A stretch of 64,000 bases of DNA. Origin: Paramoeba atlantica. Taxonomy: Eukaryota; Protista; Discosea. Position 1 is the stretch's first letter. Every line of letters begins with the position of its first letter. Below, one piece after another: positions 63,314 through 64,000 of this stretch. A program made the translations under genes and the position numbers. The stretch covers positions 682,001 through 746,000 of the forward strand of contig CDRNVI010000009.1 of assembly GCA_977017575.1 (NCBI GenBank). The letters run 5' to 3'. Under the pieces are notes generated by a model. It was not told the DNA's origin. It did not search any database and saw only the letters and a list, made by a program, of their open reading frames with translations.

Positions 63314-64000
63314 ATGAGTTCGGTTCGCCTTGCTAAAGGTGCTCACGGGAGCGAATTGCCTGCCGAATACGAACTAATACGATTACTGAGCGATGTGTCG
63401 AACCCACTGCCCTCATGGAACGAGAAATGGTCGGTGCGAGAGTGGCATGGAGTCACTTGCGACAAAGAACATCGTGTGATCTCTATCTTTTGGCACGAAC
63501 TGTCTCTGAAGGGTTCAGTTTTGTGGCAACACTTGCCCTGGTCCCTGTCTACATTGACGATACGCGGAAACCGATTAGAGGGCAGGGTACCTACGGACCT
63601 ACTACCGAGAGGCCTTCGTAGTTTTGATATTCAAGACAACCTGTTCTATGGTGAGTTCTTCACTGAGACGCTTCCCAATAAACTCCAACACCTTCACATT
63701 GAACGCAACAGATTTTGCGGTAATATAAATCTTCGTGAGTTGCCTAGAAGTCTGCTGCAATGTCGGTTAGGGAAAAATTTATTCAATGGTACAATAGATT
63801 TAAGTCGCCTGCCTCCAAACCTGGAAGAGCTGACAGCAGAGGACAATTTACTGGACGGAACTCTATCATTAAAGCTTATTCCAGAATCTTTGATTGTTCT
63901 AAGCCTGGCACATAACCGACTGAGCGGAGAAATCAATCTTACAGAAGTAAACCAAAAAACATTAATGAGTTTGGGAGGAAATGTCCAACTGAAATTCATA
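63314..64000 (+). CDS. Short LRR protein, family copy 6 (3'-partial; missed by the ORF track)
   Basis: Translated by hand: MSSVRLAKGAHGSELPAEYELIRLL..SW..VREWHGVTCD..LPWSLSTLTIRGNRLEG..; open to the window end. Confidence 0.88.
   Translation, partial: MSSVRLAKGAHGSELPAEYELIRLLSDVSNPLPSWNEKWSVREWHGVTCDKEHRVISIFWHELSLKGSVLWQHLPWSLSTLTIRGNRLEGRVPTDLLPRGLRSFDIQDNLFYGEFFTETLPNKLQHLHIERNRFCGNINLRELPRSLLQCRLGKNLFNGTIDLSRLPPNLEELTAEDNLLDGTLSLKLIPESLIVLSLAHNRLSGEINLTEVNQKTLMSLGGNVQLKFI

Noticed and set aside
63694-63999. Minus-strand 101-aa ORF
   Set aside because: It is the antisense of the + strand LRR gene starting at 63314.
1-64000. Spliced-leader RNA, rRNA, tRNA or telomeric repeats
   Set aside because: No SL exon (AACTAACG...TTTCTGTAC), rRNA core sequence, cloverleaf or (TTAGGG)n found by eye.

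Overview
Compact, intron-free eukaryotic DNA in which almost every gene lies on the + strand (one exception at 53.2-53.9 kb). This layout matches a kinetoplastid polycistronic unit. A kinetoplastid-type mitoribosomal uS8m and a dispersed short-LRR family point to a Perkinsela-like endosymbiotic kinetoplastid; this is my inference and no search was run. Housekeeping genes recognised: NOT1 (5' partial), an F-box/JmjC protein, syntaxin 16, RRP1/Nop52, patatin, aminopeptidase P, uS8m, DUS2, SmF, NOP10, eS30, a SAMHD1-like dNTPase, DPAGT1 and HRD1. Six short-LRR paralogues are present, one of them a pseudogene. Intergenic DNA is rich in mobile elements: an intact Merlin (25-bp TIRs, 8-bp TSD), Tc1/mariner copies with TA TSDs, several MITEs, relics of RLE/CRE-type retroposons, a hairpin-terminated tandem repeat, and a foldback-like element made of inverted 20-bp satellite arrays around a hairpin core. 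Four observations stand out. (1) Three tandem genes encode signal-peptide, disordered-linker, PI4K-type-II-like pseudokinases that share a RETLA motif, making them candidate host-directed effectors. (2) Six GC-rich islands of about 1-2 kb, spaced 7-16 kb apart inside CDSs, switch from C/A-rich to G/T-rich even at synonymous sites; they may be replication origins or internal transcription start regions. (3) One gene resembles p1 of the MTA1c DNA 6mA methyltransferase complex. (4) A 7.6-kb repeat-filled divergent strand-switch region lies at 53.9-61.5 kb.
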